A DNA stretch of 64,000 nt. Source: the human T2T-CHM13v2.0 reference genome, Homo sapiens. Location: assembly GCF_009914755.1 (NCBI RefSeq), contig NC_060935.1. One strand, written 5' to 3'. A program made the position numbers and the translations under genes. A model generated the notes under the pieces. That model was given only the letters and a program-made list of their open reading frames with translations. It searched no databases and was not told where the DNA came from. Positions 11,400-25,703 of the stretch are shown in pieces. Position 1 is the first letter of the stretch. The number at the start of each line of letters is the position of its first letter.

Positions 11400-11990
11400 T
11401 CTGTTCAAAGTCCGACTCTGCTTTCATTACCTACCAAATAAAGATTAAACCATGTATTATGTCACTCAAGGACTGAAATATCTCATTCCTACTTACTTTT
11501 CTAAGTTTATCTCCTTCACTTTCCGTTTATGTAAAATCCAGCTAAATGGACTCCTTTATTTAATGTTGAAGTTCATCCTTCCATTTAGATCCCACTTCCT
11601 TCATGCCTTTGCCTGGAAAAATATATTTATGTCTTCACTGATTCATACAACCCAGTGCATTTCATGAGTAGCTGCCTACTATGTGCCAGACATGGGGCTC
11701 CACAGTAGAACTACAGATCTGCCTGGGATTGACAGAGTTCACACCCTGTGTTCAAACGCTTCTCTTTCATGAAGTTTCCCCTCATTACCTTCCATACACA
11801 ATACCTCCTTTCTGTCTCTGCCACAGCCATGTTACACACAGCTCTGTGTTTTAATTAGCTGTGTGCATGCCATTCCCCACACCAGACACTAAGCTCTTTG
11901 AGATCAATGGTGGTGTTTTCTTTATCTTTAAAGAGGATCCCTTTGGTACCCAGCACATAGAGCAAAAACTATTTGTTGAATTGATTTGAA
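11400..11990. mobile_element. L2 fragments
   Basis: cctactatgtgccagaca; ccagacactaagctctttgag...cccagcacatag...tatttgttgaattga. Confidence 0.5.
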
Positions 11991-13019
11991 AGAGCTTTCA
12001 ATGCATTTGGCAAGACAAACCTTACCTAGCAATTAACTAAGAAGGCAGTGGTGTAGCCTGATGAATGTAATTTATATTCTCATACAATAAAGTACCAAGG
12101 CATATGTTATTGATGAGAAAGGAGTGCTATGTAACAGAATGTTACATGAATTAAAGATCTTACAGACCAAAAGAAGGTAAAAGTACATGTGCACCTCAAA
12201 GACAAGTCGGAATTTTGACGAAGGTCTAAATAGGCATTCTAGGTTGGAAAGAACTAGAAGAGAAGAGAGACTTCTTGGGTTCTAGTGTATATCTGATCTG
12301 AGAATGAATTATAAAAGTAGAAGGCAATCTAGGAGATCATGCGTATGTTAAATCTGCAGTAGCCAAGTCATCTCTGGAAGCTAGTTGAATTGTTTAATTA
12401 ACCTGTCGGTTCATCTAATATCTAACTCGGCTCCTTCCTGCTGCAGTTGAAATCCTTCTTTGCTTTATTCCATCCTCAGAGAAAATAGAGGACAGTTAAT
12501 GATCCCTCTCTGTGCATTTCAGAAGATGGTGTAAAACAGTGCTAGAGAAAGCCTTTTAATCATATATTTCAAATATGCAGATCCAAAGGTGATAATTCAA
12601 GCACAGCTTTAAGATTTTTCAAATACCTTATTCCATCTGCCTTGCTCTGATGGTTTCTATGAACACATTTTCATTTTCTAAATCTGGAATTAGTAGAATC
12701 TGCTTGAAAAGGGATATTACAGTCAAGTGATGTTCTCAATTTGAGGTGTAATTATTTTCCCCCATTTTAAAAGCCTAACATAAAATGTGATGTGATTTTT
12801 TTTTCAACTTTGCAAGGGACATCAACTTTTTTATGTCTTCAATTTTTTTCTCTGAGCTTCCTACAACTTGGAGAATAATATAAATAAGAAAGGAAATGCA
12901 GATAAGTTCAATTTCTAGTTTGCAATAAAAAGTCAATGTATTGTCTGATAAATGTCCTCCTCTTTACCCCATCTTCTTCCTGTAGATGAAAATTCTGCTT
13001 AAATAAATGAAATAGTTGG

Positions 13020-13393
13020 CAGATAAAGATTGAATATATTCAAGGTGTACAACGTGATGATTTGATGTAATGCATGGTGTAATGCATGGTGTAATGACTG
13101 CACAATCAAATTAAGGAACACATTCATCACCACCCGTGCTGTACCTTAGGTCCCCAGAAGCTGCTCATATTGGAACTGAAAGTTTGTACCCTTTGACCAG
13201 TATCTCCCCATCCCCCTACACTCGCAGCCACTGGTAACCACTGTTCTACTCTGCTTTTATGAATTTGACTTTTTAAGATTCTACATATAAGTAAGATCGT
13301 GCGGTACTTGTGTTTCTGTGTCTGGCTTATTTTGCTTAGCATATTCTCCAGGTTCATTCATGTTGTCTCAAGTGGCAAGATTTCCTTCCTTGT
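13020..13393 (-). mobile_element. L1MA-type 3' end
   Basis: tatattcaaggtgtacaacgtgatg...ctggtaaccactgttctactc...tctggcttattttgcttagcata...ggcaagatttccttc. Confidence 0.8.
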
Positions 13394-13509
13394 TATGAGC
13401 TTATTCTCAAATCAAAATTCTTCTGGATGCTACATTAACCCTTAGAACCTAAGTATACACTTGAGCCTGCCTGAGATGAGATTGCACTTAGAGTCAAACA
13501 TCAAACATC

Positions 13510-13670
13510 TTAGCACTGAGAGGAGCATTTGAGATCATCGAGTTCAAACCTATAATTTAACAGACGACGAACTTAAGACCCAAAGAGGTTAAGTGACTGA
13601 ATGAAGGTCACGCTGCTGGTTAGTGAGAGCTGAGGCTAGGACTGAATTGCTGCTTAGGCTCTTTCAACAT
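13510..13670. mobile_element. MIR
   Basis: aacttaagacccaaagaggttaagtgact...aaggtcacgctgctggttagtg. Confidence 0.65.
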
Positions 13671-13747
13671 TATCGTTATATTTACCAACATTTTCCAAGT
13701 TGATTTTTTTAAATAGCAGTTTTGAAGAAGATGTTAATAAGCATTTT

Positions 13748-13977
13748 CTTTCATTGTATAATTTTAAGTATTATTTTAGGTGTAGGGGCTACCTGCCTAG
13801 GTTTGTTAGATGGGTATACTGTGCGATGCTGAGGTTTGGAGCACAAATGACCCAGTCACCAGGTAGTGAGCCTAGAACCTAATAGGGGGTTCTTCAGCCT
13901 TTGCCCTTCCCTCCATCCCCCTTCTAGAAGTCCCCAGGGTCTACTGTTCCCATCTTTATGTCCATGTAGACTCAATG
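13748..13977 (-). mobile_element. 5'-truncated L1PA15/16-like 3' end with TSD
   Basis: gtttgttagatgggtatactgtgcgatgctgaggtttgg; exact TSD AATAAGCATTTT at 13736-13747 and 13978-13989. Confidence 0.85.
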
Positions 13978-15939
13978 AATAAGCATTTTGAATGAAAAGA
14001 AAAATATGTGCTGGACCAAGTAAACTTATAAAACATCAATTTAACCTGCTCTGCTTCACAGAGTTTAACATATTAATTTTCTGTCGCAACCCGAGAGAGA
14101 TATTTAGCCAACACGTATGACTACAGACTATTTTTAAGTTAACATTTAGGAGCATCTATTAATATATCTAACATGCCAGCGTGCCAGAGAACAGTATTTG
14201 GAAGATGCTGCTCTTGACTAGAACCCTGTAGAGGTATGATCGAGCTTGACAGCAAATGCTGATGCTTACAGGCTCTTTCCCGCACTGGCTAGCTGAGCAG
14301 TCATAGGATCACACTACCCAAACTTCAAAGCCCTCATCTGTAAAACGGGCACTCAGCTCTCTTACTAGACGGTTAGGAGATGGTATAGCAGAGTAAAATG
14401 TGTGAACTGTAATTATCAAATTGTATTTGTGACAGCTTGCCAAAGTATCCACTGTGTAGCACGATAAAATAAATATATGAGAAAAAGTGTGTAATAAGAA
14501 GGTAAGGGTGAGAAATAAAATACAACTGCATAGAAGTACATATCAAAATCCATGTGAAAAGTCTTATATTAATGTTGACAGTGGATGGCACATTTGACTT
14601 TGCATTATTAACAAAAGAGAAAGAGTACTATTACTTACTGTAGGCAGGTAGTACACAAAATAACCATGAACCTTTTACATGGGAGAACCACGGCTTTGCT
14701 AAGTACTGAGACATCAGAAAACTTCATGGTTTTCCATTGACTCTTAAAAGCACAGATTGCGAAGTCACGTAGTTTCACCTTTGCCTCTAACTTAGTTAAT
14801 TTAGCAAATTACATCATTTCCATAAGCCACCATTAACTCTTTCATACAAGGGGCAAGATCCAAGTGACCATGAGTGCTGTGCCCATGATGTGGGATAGTG
14901 AATGCCATTCCCTTCAAAACAGCAAGCTCACACTCAGTGACAGTCCCAGTGGACACTGCCCTCGCCAATATCTTCCAATATCAAAGAGAAATTTTGTCAT
15001 CTGTTTCTTTTGCCATTGGCTTCCAATGAATTGGGTTACAATACCAAAGGGGATTGCAATAAAAATCACTTGATATCAAGCTAAAACATGCGGTGGTTTC
15101 AGTTTAATTCAAATAGTGGATTAATTATATAACATGGATAAATAACTTTCTGCAACAAGACTTTAAATGAGAGTGGAACAATAGAATTATACAAGATATG
15201 CTTCTGACAAACCCCTGGAACGCAGGTCATTCATGTTACCAACCCAGAATGGTCTAAATGTTTTGGTTACCATCTGAGAGGGGGGCAGGTTTGGCAGTGC
15301 TTCTAAAACGGGGAGAATAAGTAATCATGTCCCCATATTCTAACACATTAAGCATGACTACTATAATTTCATCCCAGAAAAATTCCAAAGCAAGTGATAT
15401 CAATCATCTATCAGAGCAATGAAAATATCTCCAAAAGTTCCCATAGGATGGCTAATAGTAAGTAATGTAGTTTCTAGATGAACCCGCTGATATACACTGA
15501 TTGCCAAATGTATCACAATGTGATGGAGTGATTTGACCCATAATATAGAATCGTTGGATCTAAGCCAATTAAATTTTGAAGGGCAAGTGCCAAAAAGGAG
15601 CAGCTGATCTTGAGCCAGTCTTTCTGATAATAGTAAGTGAGCAGAACCAATTGCCTGTTCAGATCATAGCTACTATGTGACAAGTAGAGATATACAGATA
15701 GTATCTGGAAATATGACAAAAAAACAGGCATACATTATGCCAAAAGAAGATTCTAAGGAGAATGTGAGTAATGAATACACTTTAACAACAGCACTATCAT
15801 CTTCCAGATTATTTTCTTTGAAGAGAATTTTACTTACCTAGATAAATGTTATTTTTGTAAGTAAAATTACAAGTATTTATTCTGTGTTTCTTATTAATTG
15901 TAAACCACTTTAGGGCTAAGCATTAATTGTATTAACTAA

Positions 15940-16460
15940 TGAATTAACTTACTCGTTTGGAGATATTTGCTGAGCATCTACCAGGCAATAGCAACATACT
16001 CTGTGCTAAAGGCAAAACAAAAGGCTTCTGACAAGGTCCCCACTCTCTAAGGGCACATAATTTAGTTGTTCTGGGAGTCACACAGCTGAATTCATTAAGA
16101 AATAAGAAAGAATATGATTAAGTCCCTGATAAATGGTACAGGCAGTAACTACGTACTGAAGTACAGAAAAATGGGATACATTTGGAACTGAAACTATCAG
16201 AGAAGGATTTGTTGAGAAGGGGGGACTTCAACCAACCCCTAAAAAAAAAAACCCAGTGGCTTATGTTTGATAGAGACATTGGGGAAGGAAATTGAAGCAG
16301 AGGAATTACACTCAAAATCTGCTGTCAATGATTTAATAAACAGATGCTTATTGAGCACATGCCACGTACTTTGGCACTGTTCTAGGTGTTGGGAATAAAA
16401 TGGTGAGCAAAAGTTAACAGGTTCTCTCCTAATGGAGCTTACTTCATAGTGGGAGATACA
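15940..16460 (-). mobile_element. L2 fragments
   Basis: atatttgctgagcatctacc...; ttattgagcacatgccacgt...ggcactgttctaggtgttgggaata. Confidence 0.55.
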
Positions 16461-16499
16461 CTAAATATCAAAAATGTACACAGGTAAATTCACAAGGAC

Positions 16500-16732
16500 T
16501 GTCTCCTTGATGAAACTTTAGTCTCCTCTGAATCCTCTTCTCTACTAGGCCTTGTCGTTGGCTCGGTTTTAGCCAAGAATCCTGCTGAGCCCATTTATGG
16601 AGCATCCTCTCCGCCCTTACTACTTAGACATGCTTCTCCTCCTAGATACCTAATCACATTCTTAGTAATTCTCCATCCACTCCCTTACCTCGCCTGCCAA
16701 CTCAAAATCTCTGCTTGTCTCTGTTATATTTG
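16500..16732. mobile_element. ERV1 LTR fragment (MER34/MER39-like)
   Basis: ctactaggcct...ttttagccaagaatcctgctgag...ttagtaattctccatccact. Confidence 0.45.
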
Positions 16733-18416
16733 GGGTGCTGCTGCAACACATACCTAAAATGGGGACATGGCTTTGGAACTGGGTAATGGGCAGAGGCTGG
16801 AAGAGTTTGAGATGCATGCTAGGAAAAAACCCTAGATGGGTATGAACAGAGCATTGAGACTGATTATGATGAGGGCACAGAAGAAAAGAGCTTTACAGAC
16901 AGCCTAAATCTTCTTAGACATTATCAAAGTGGTCATGAACAGAATATTGGTAGAAATATAGATGGCAAAGGCCATTCTGATGAGGTCTTAGGTGGAGACG
17001 AGAAATAATGTATTAGAAACAGGAAGAAAGGCCATCATTGTTACCAAGTGGCAAAGCACCTGGCTGAGTTGTGTTCATATCCTAGTGCTCTGTGGAAAGC
17101 AGAGTTTAAGAGTGATGAACTAGGAAATTTGGCAAAAGAAACCTCCAAGCAAATGTTCAGGGTGCTGCACAGCTTCTCCTGACAGCTTATATGAAAATAT
17201 GAGAAGAAAGAAATGAAGTGAAGACAGAATTTATAATTAAAGAGAAAGCAGAACTTAAAGATTGGGAAAATTTTCAGCCTGGCTAGATTGTGAAGAACAG
17301 AAAAGTGTGTTTGAGAGAGAATACCCAGAGTATGGCCAACCTACCATTTGATAAGGATCAGTATGGTTAGAAAGAAGCTAGATGCTATTCATCAAGTCAA
17401 TGAAACAATGACCCAGAGGGCATTTCAGAGATTATCAGTGATGCCATTTCCTAGAGTGCTAAGGCCTTGAGGGTAGAATAGTTTCAAAGGAGAAGCCCAG
17501 GGCACCTGTGGGACCTCAAACCTGAAGACCCAGGGATGACTAACATCTCTGTTTCTCACATTCTGCTGCAATGTTCCTTGGCTTCCCCAGCTGTGGCTCA
17601 AGTGGACCCAGGTGCAGCTTGGGCCACCACTTGATAGGGCACAAGTGGTCAGCTTTGGTGGTGTCCACATTGTGCTAATTCTGCAGGTGTGTAGAGTTCA
17701 CGAGCTGTGAGGGCATGGATGCTTTTACCTAGATTTCAAAAGATGCCTCAGAGAGCCTCAGGGCCCAGGCAGAAAACTTCCACAGAGCCAGGGCCATCAC
17801 AGAGCATCCTCACTAGAGCCACGTGTAGTGGAGCTGTGGGAATGAGTCTCCCCCATACCACAGAACTGTACAGCCACCAGAGTGCAACGCCAGCCTGGGA
17901 AAGTCACAGTCACGCACCTCTTCAATAATGCAAACTGAAGTGTGGGCTATCCCCAGCAAAGCCGTGGAGGTGAGGCTTCCTGAGGCCATGGGGGCCCAAC
18001 CCCTGAACCAGTGTGTCCAGGAGGTGAGACATAGGGTCAAAGAAGATTACTCACAAACTTGAAGATTTAATGTCGTTTGCCCTAGAGTTTTGGATTCTCT
18101 TGGGACCTACTACCCTTTATTTCCCCCTATTTCTTCCTTTTAGAATGGGGATGACTATCTTATGACCCTCCCACCATGGTATTTCAAAAGCATATAATTT
18201 GTTTCATTTCACAGGCTGACAGCTGGAGGGAAATTTCTCACAGGATGACTTGTACCTTGAGTCTCACCTATATCTGATTTAAACGATATTTAGATGAGAC
18301 TTTAGATTTTAGAATTTTGAGTTGATGCTGAAATGCATTAAGACTTTTGGGGCTATTGAGATGGAATGAATATATTTTTCATGTGAGGACATGAATTTGG
18401 AGGCGTAGGGGTGGAA
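16733..18416 (+). mobile_element. MaLR internal region (MST/MLT1A-int)
   Basis: Typical MaLR-int start ggtgctgct...atacctaaaat...ggctttggaactgggtaatgggcagaggctggaagagtttg; ends in a polypurine tract ggaggcgtaggggtggaa. Confidence 0.85.
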
Positions 18417-18797
18417 TTTTATAGTCTGAATATCTTCCAAAATTCGTGTGCAGAAACTTAATTTCCAATGTGATAGCTGTAAGAGGTGGGGCATTTGAAA
18501 GGTGATTAGGTCATGAGGGTGCAGCCCTCATGAATGAGATTAGCAACCTCATGAAAAAGCTTGAGGGGGTGAATTTACTTCTTACATTTCTTTAACCATG
18601 TGAAGACACAGCATCCATCCCTCTGGAGGAGGCAACGGGGCACTACATTGGAAGCAGAGAACAGCCTTCCCCAGACACCAACCTCTCGGCACCTTGTTAC
18701 TGGACTTTGCAGCCTCCAGAATTGTGAGAAATAAATGTCTGTTGTTTATAAATTACCCGGTCTGTGGCATTTTGTTACAGCAGCACAGACCAAGGCA
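18417..18797 (+). mobile_element. MaLR 3' LTR (MLT1A/MSTD-like)
   Basis: ggtgattaggtcatgagggt...cagcctccagaattgtgagaaataaatgtctgttgtttataaattaccc...ttttgttacagcagc. Confidence 0.85.
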
Positions 18798-18915
18798 ACT
18801 GATGAAAAGAGCTGGGCATCTAATACAAGGTCAACAAAGTGGAGCCCTTCCCTGAAACTTTCAGACTGAGAACCACAAAGAATGAGGGTCAATCACAGAA
18901 TAAAACTCAAGAGCT

Positions 18916-19217
<302 letters not shown>

Positions 19218-19311
19218 AAAACTCAAGAGCTGTTAATTATCTTGTTCTTTCTCTGTGAGAAGGTTGGTACATCTTTATGAGATAAAGGAGCAAATGGTGG
19301 AAAGAGAAAGG

Positions 19312-19343
19312 AGAGAGACAGAGAAAGAGAGAGAGAGAGAGAG
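19312..19343. repeat. (GA)n tract
   Basis: gagagagacagagaaagagagagagagagagag. Confidence 0.8.
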
Positions 19344-19536
19344 GATTTCTGGCAACAGCATTTAGTTCCTAGTGCCAGTTATCCCTGAGACCCAGCTGCA
19401 CCCATTCTCATCCCATAGTTTGCCTATAAGAGATATCCAGTGTTCATCTAATAAACCCCACTATTTTCCTAGGCACTTTGAATTAGAGTCTGTAACTTGG
19501 AACACAAATCTTTGATAAATGCATAGTAACTATAAT

Positions 19537-19742
19537 AATTATTATTATTAATTTTTGTATTTCAATAGGTTTTTGATGAACAGGGGTATTTGGTTACATG
19601 AATAAGTTCTTTAGTGGTGATTTGTGAGATTTTGGTGTACCCATCACCCAAGCAGTGTACCCTGTACCCAATGTGTAGTCTTTTCTCCCTTGCCAACCCC
19701 CCCAACCTTTCCCCTGCGTCCCCCAAATCCAATGTATCGTTC
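19537..19742 (-). mobile_element. L1PB 3' end fragment
   Basis: atttcaataggtttttg...ttggttacatgaataagttctttagtggtgatttgtgagattttggtg. Confidence 0.85.
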
Positions 19743-19942
19743 TTTTTTTTCCATTTTCATTCTTTTTTTTAAAATTTACTTTAAGTTCTGGGATACACGG
19801 ATACATGTGCAGAATGTACAGGTTTGCTACATAGGTATACATGTGCCGTGGTGGTTTGCTGCACCTATCAATCCATCATCTAGGTTTTAAGCCCCGCGTA
19901 CATTAGGTATTTATCCTAATGCTCTCCCTCCCCTTGCTCCCC
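19743..19942 (-). mobile_element. L1PA (PA8-10-like) 3' end fragment
   Basis: tactttaagttctgggatac...atgtgcagaatgtacaggtttgctacataggtatacatgtgcc...ggtggtttgctgcacc. Confidence 0.85.
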
Positions 19943-21752
19943 GTAACTATAATTATCAAGCAACTGTTATGTGCCCAGCACAAACGTAGGTAATTTATGA
20001 TTAGAATTCCACTTAATGCTCATAGTGATCTATGAAATTGGTATTACTCTCAGAAAATGGGGCCTAAATTCAAGCCCATATTGGTCTGTCTCAAAAGCCA
20101 GTAGCAGGTGAGTGGTAGGCATTCATTAACTGTAGCTTAGAACAATACAGGTTCACTGGAGTAGACGGTTTTTTCTCCAGGTGATGTGTCTGACTGACGT
20201 TGAATATAGACTGTGTAGGTTCTTCATGCTAAGGTTAGCAATCTGTACTTATTTTTTTTTTTAAACAAGAGCCATCAGAGTAATGCAGTGGGAAAAGAAG
20301 GCAGCACGATGCAAATGTCATCTCTGCATTCACATCAGTCAATTCAATTCACTTGAAAAACAGAATAGATAAATCTTAATTTTAATCTTTGAGGAAATAT
20401 AAAATTAAGTCAAAGTCACGAATGTAAGTGGAAGGATATGTCCGGTGGATGCATTGTCTATGTGGTTTATTTTTTCTGCTGTCATCTGAGTGCTAAAAAT
20501 CAGGTCCCCTCGTGTGTCTAAATATCAGCCTTATTTTAATGGCATTATTCTACTTATCTGGACCTGGGATAAAATATTTCAGTAAAAAAAAATATGCAGG
20601 TGCAGCTATAATTATGTACCTGTACTGAGTGATGCGAGAGTAGCTGTTAATTACTTTGCCTTTGAGGTTTGCAGATCAAAGTTTCTTTAAATAAAAAAAT
20701 GGTATATGTTTGAGCCAAGAAGGTGAATCACAGTAAAATATTTAACACTAACTGCATTTGGCTAAAGTCGGGTTGCTTAAAGGCCAAATTTACCATACAA
20801 AGTTTAGGACTCTGAAAATTCCATACTAAAAATCTGTCATACCAGGGGCAAATGTTCAGATATTATTTTCAAGTCTACAACCCATGATGATCCCTTAAAG
20901 AGCCATAGTCAACCTTTCCAGTTGCTTTGCAAATCATTCCAGTTTGTCAGTCCTTTCAATGCCACCATCTCAATGACCTAGAGCAGGTGACAAATGGTAT
21001 TACTGATGTTTTTACAAACAAAAATTTGCTCAGAAGCATTTTTTAGTTGTTTATCTTGTTAGTAGACTATATTCTGCAGCTTCTATCATGATGCAAGTGT
21101 CTGGATAAATGCCTAAATCACCAGAACTAACTATGAGTCTTTGTTTATTCAAATAGCAAGAGAGAGAAAAGCAGTCACAACTTATTAGGGAACCAATGTC
21201 TGGAATGAACTATATGCTTACACACTCAAACACCTGCATTAAAGTTCTCTTGAGATGCTAGAAATGAGTTTGCAATAACTGAGTCTTGAAGTATGTATCT
21301 AACAGATGTTTGAGTTTGGGAAGATTTCATGACAACATGAATATAAAAATAGTACTGGGATATAATATTAAAATTTTACCCCAGTGATGCAGGGCATTCA
21401 AATAGCAGGTTTGAGCAAATATTTATTCATCTGCTTGCTGGTATTTCATATACAAAGTTCAATTATGTATGCACTGGAAAGTTATCCCATCATATAGTGC
21501 ATTATATTCCCAAGGGGAAATCAAGAGTGTCGAGAGATACTGGAGCTCCACACGATATGGTTGTGTCAAAGTTCAACATTGGCATATTAATCATGTAGCT
21601 GTTCTATTGGTGCCAGACAGTATCTCATTGGATCAACATACAATAAATTGTATGCTCATCTTCATCTACTAAGATGTTTTCTAGCCACATCTTCCAATAA
21701 AATAGCCCTGTTGGCCCAATTTGCTGAGACTAAGATGATTTTAATGTAAATG

Positions 21753-21780
21753 TTTTTTTTTTTTTTTTTTTTTTTTTTTT
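21753..21780. repeat. Poly(T) 28-mer
   Basis: Direct read. Confidence 0.9.
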
Positions 21781-22607
21781 GCAGCTGCACGTGTATTTTT
21801 GTTTAGGGTGAATATGACAGAGTAAAGACCACGGGACCTAAGAAACCAAAGGGAAGGAGTGAGATAATCTCAGGTTTGAGTTATGGGAAGGAATTATGGA
21901 AAAATCATGACATTTAATCTTTAGTATCTTGCAAAATACCAATAATTAGCAGGCATGAAGGAAGTAAATAAATGAGAAAATGAAAGGATGGATTTAGTAC
22001 CTTCAAAAAAATGCAGAAAGCTTACCTATTTTAAATCTTACCTATTTAAAGTATATCTAGTATGCTAGTGAAGGGAAAGGTTTTATTTGGAACTACTGAT
22101 ACAGTAGTCATGAATTCTAATAAGAAAAGCCTACACATTCATATTCAAATTTCAGAAAATCAAAGATAATGAAAAAAATTACAAAAAAAAATCAGAGGAA
22201 AAGACCACCTTATCTACAGAGGAGAAAAGATAAAAATTGCATCTGACTTCTCAGAAACCATGTAAGTACAGAGTAGAGTGAAACAAGTAAAGTGTTGAGA
22301 AAATCGAAACAAAACACCAACCAAGAATTCTGTACCCTAAGAAATTATCCTTCAATGGTGAAAGAGAAAGACTTGCTCTGACAAACAAAAATTGAGAAAA
22401 TGTGTTGCCAGTAAATCTGCCTTTCAAGAAATATTAAAGGAAGTTATTTAGAAATAAACTATATGTCAGAAACTCAGATCTACATAAAGGAAGTGCACTG
22501 AAGAATGAATAAGTAAAATCAAAATGTTTAGTTTTAAAATCCTTCACCGATCTAACAGATTATGTTTTTTTCAAAGTTATAATAGCAACAAGGTATTTGT
22601 GCACAAA

Positions 22608-22632
22608 TGTGTGTGTGTGTGTGTGTGTGTGT
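22608..22632. repeat. (TG)n microsatellite
   Basis: Direct read. Confidence 0.9.
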
Positions 22633-24575
22633 TTATGTGTAAGTGAAATGAATGATAGCAACAATACAATGGATGGGGAATAAATGAATTTAGGAATATT
22701 TTGTTATTATAAGGTACTTGAACTACCTTTAAGATACTTCCTACCCATGAATAGGTATATTATTATATTAAAGTTGACATAAATTAGTTGTGAATGTATA
22801 GTGTGAACTCTAGGGCAACCACTAAAAAAATGGTTTTTAAAAAGTACAATTGAAATGCTAAGAAGGTGGTAGGAGAGAAAATGAGATTATGTAAAATGCT
22901 GAATTAAAAACACAAAAGAAAGAAAAGGTGTGGAAGACAAAAAAATAGGAACAAAGAATAAGGGCAACAAATGCAAAATAGTGACACATAGAGTACATGT
23001 TAATCCAACTGTCAATAAGCACTTTAACATCAATGGTCTGAAAACATCGATTAAAACAGAGATTTTCAGAGTGGGTCAAAAACAAAACTCAACTATATAT
23101 TGCCTACAGAATCCCTTCTTAAATATAAATATTATATAGATAAAAAGTAAAGAGACAGAAGAAAATATGCCATGGTAACACTATTTAGAGGTAGTAGGAG
23201 CAGATATATTAATTTCAGGAAGCAGATTTCCTGAAATCTGAAATTAGAGCAAGGTAAGTCATCAGAGATAGAGATGGGGCAATATATAATCATAAAGGAG
23301 CCAATATTCCAAGACGACACAGCAATCTTTACTGTGTGTGCACTTAACAACAGAGCAGCAAAATATACAAGACAAAAAACTGATAGAACCGCAAGGAGAA
23401 ACAGATGAATCCATGATTATAGTTGGGGATTTTAATGATTGTCCCTCTTTCAGAAGTGGACAGATCCAGCAGGCAGAAAATCAGTATGGACATAGTTGGA
23501 CTCAAAACTGTCATGAGTCAATTAGATATAATTGAAATCTATAGACTACTTTATCCAACAACACATGATCACACATTCTTCTCAAGCTCATGTGGAACAT
23601 TTATCAAGACAGACCACATCCAGAACTGAAAACATACCTTAAGAAATGTAAAAGACAGAAATTGCGCAATGTGTGATCTCACATCAAAATGTAATTAAAC
23701 TAGAAATCAATAACGGGAAGATCACTGGAAAAATCTTAAGATACTTGAAGATTAAACAATCCACTTCTAAATGACCCGTGGGTCAAAGAATAAATCTCAA
23801 GAGAAAATTTAAAGTATTTTGAAATAAACGAAAATGGAACTTATCACATGCGTGTGATGCACGTAAAGCATGCTTAGATGGAGATTTCTAGAAGAATGAT
23901 CTAAAACCAACAATCTAATATTCTGACTTAGAAAACTAGAAACAAGAAGAGGAAGCTAAATCAAAAGTAAGCAGAAGAAAATAAATAGTACAATTAGAAC
24001 AAACGTCAATGAAATAGAAAAGAGAAAATGAACAGAGAAAATCAATGAAACCAAAAACTGGTTCTACGAAAAGATCAATAAAACGAATAAGCCTCTAGCC
24101 AGAATAATTAAGAAAAAAAGAGAGAACAACCAACTTACTAGTATCAGAAATGAAAGAAGGGACATCACTACCAACCCATGGACATTAAAAGGATAGTAAA
24201 GAAATATGAACAACTCTGTACCAACAAATTTGATGACCTATATGAAACAGACCAATTTCTTGAAAGATATGTCTGCCAAAACTTACACAAGAAGAAATAG
24301 ACAATCTGAATAGTCCCATGTTGACTGAGGAAATTAAATAAATAGTTAATAGTTTAATAAAGCAAAAGGAACCAGGCCCAGATGGTTTCACCAGTGAATT
24401 CTACTACATTTTTAAGGAAGAAATTATACCAATTCTCTACAATCTCTTTCTGATGATAGAAGTAGAGGAAATAACTCTTAATACTTCATCATTCTATGAG
24501 GCCAGCATTACCCTAATACCAAAACCATAAAAGATACTACAAGGAAAGAAAACTACAGATCAATATTTCTCATAA

Positions 24576-24991
<416 letters not shown>

Positions 24992-25703
24992 GGCTGGTTA
25001 AACATTCTAAAGACAATTAATGCTATTCATCACATCAACAGACTAAAGCAGAAAAATCACACAATCATATCAATAGATGCATTTTACAAAATCCAACACC
25101 CATTCATGATAAAATCTCTTAGCAAACTAGGAATAGGAAGAAAATTTTAAAACTTGATAAAGAACATCTCCAGAAAACCTACAGCTAGCACCATACTTAG
25201 TGGTGAGAAACTAGACTTCCCCACTAAAATTAAGAATAAGTCAGAGATGTTTCCTCTCACCACTGCTTTTCATCCTTGTATTGGAAATTCTAACCAACAT
25301 AATAAGAAAATAAAAGAAAATATAATGCATATAGATGGGGAAGGAAGAAATAAGACTGTATTTCTTTGCAGATGACATGATCATCTATGTAGCAAATACA
25401 GAAGAATCAACAACAACAAAAAAGAGAAACCAACTTAGCAATTATAGCAAGGTTACAGGATGTAAGGTTAATATACAAAATTCAATCAATTTCCTATATA
25501 CCGGCAATGAACAAATGACATTTGAAAATAAAACCACATTACCATCAATATTAGCACCCCCAAAATAAAAGAGATAAATATGATAACATATACAAGACCT
25601 ATGTGAAGAAAACTACCAAATTCCATATGAAGAAAACTACAAAGATATCAAAGAAAAACTAAATAAATGAAGAGATATTTCATGTTCATAAATAGAGTCA
25701 ATA

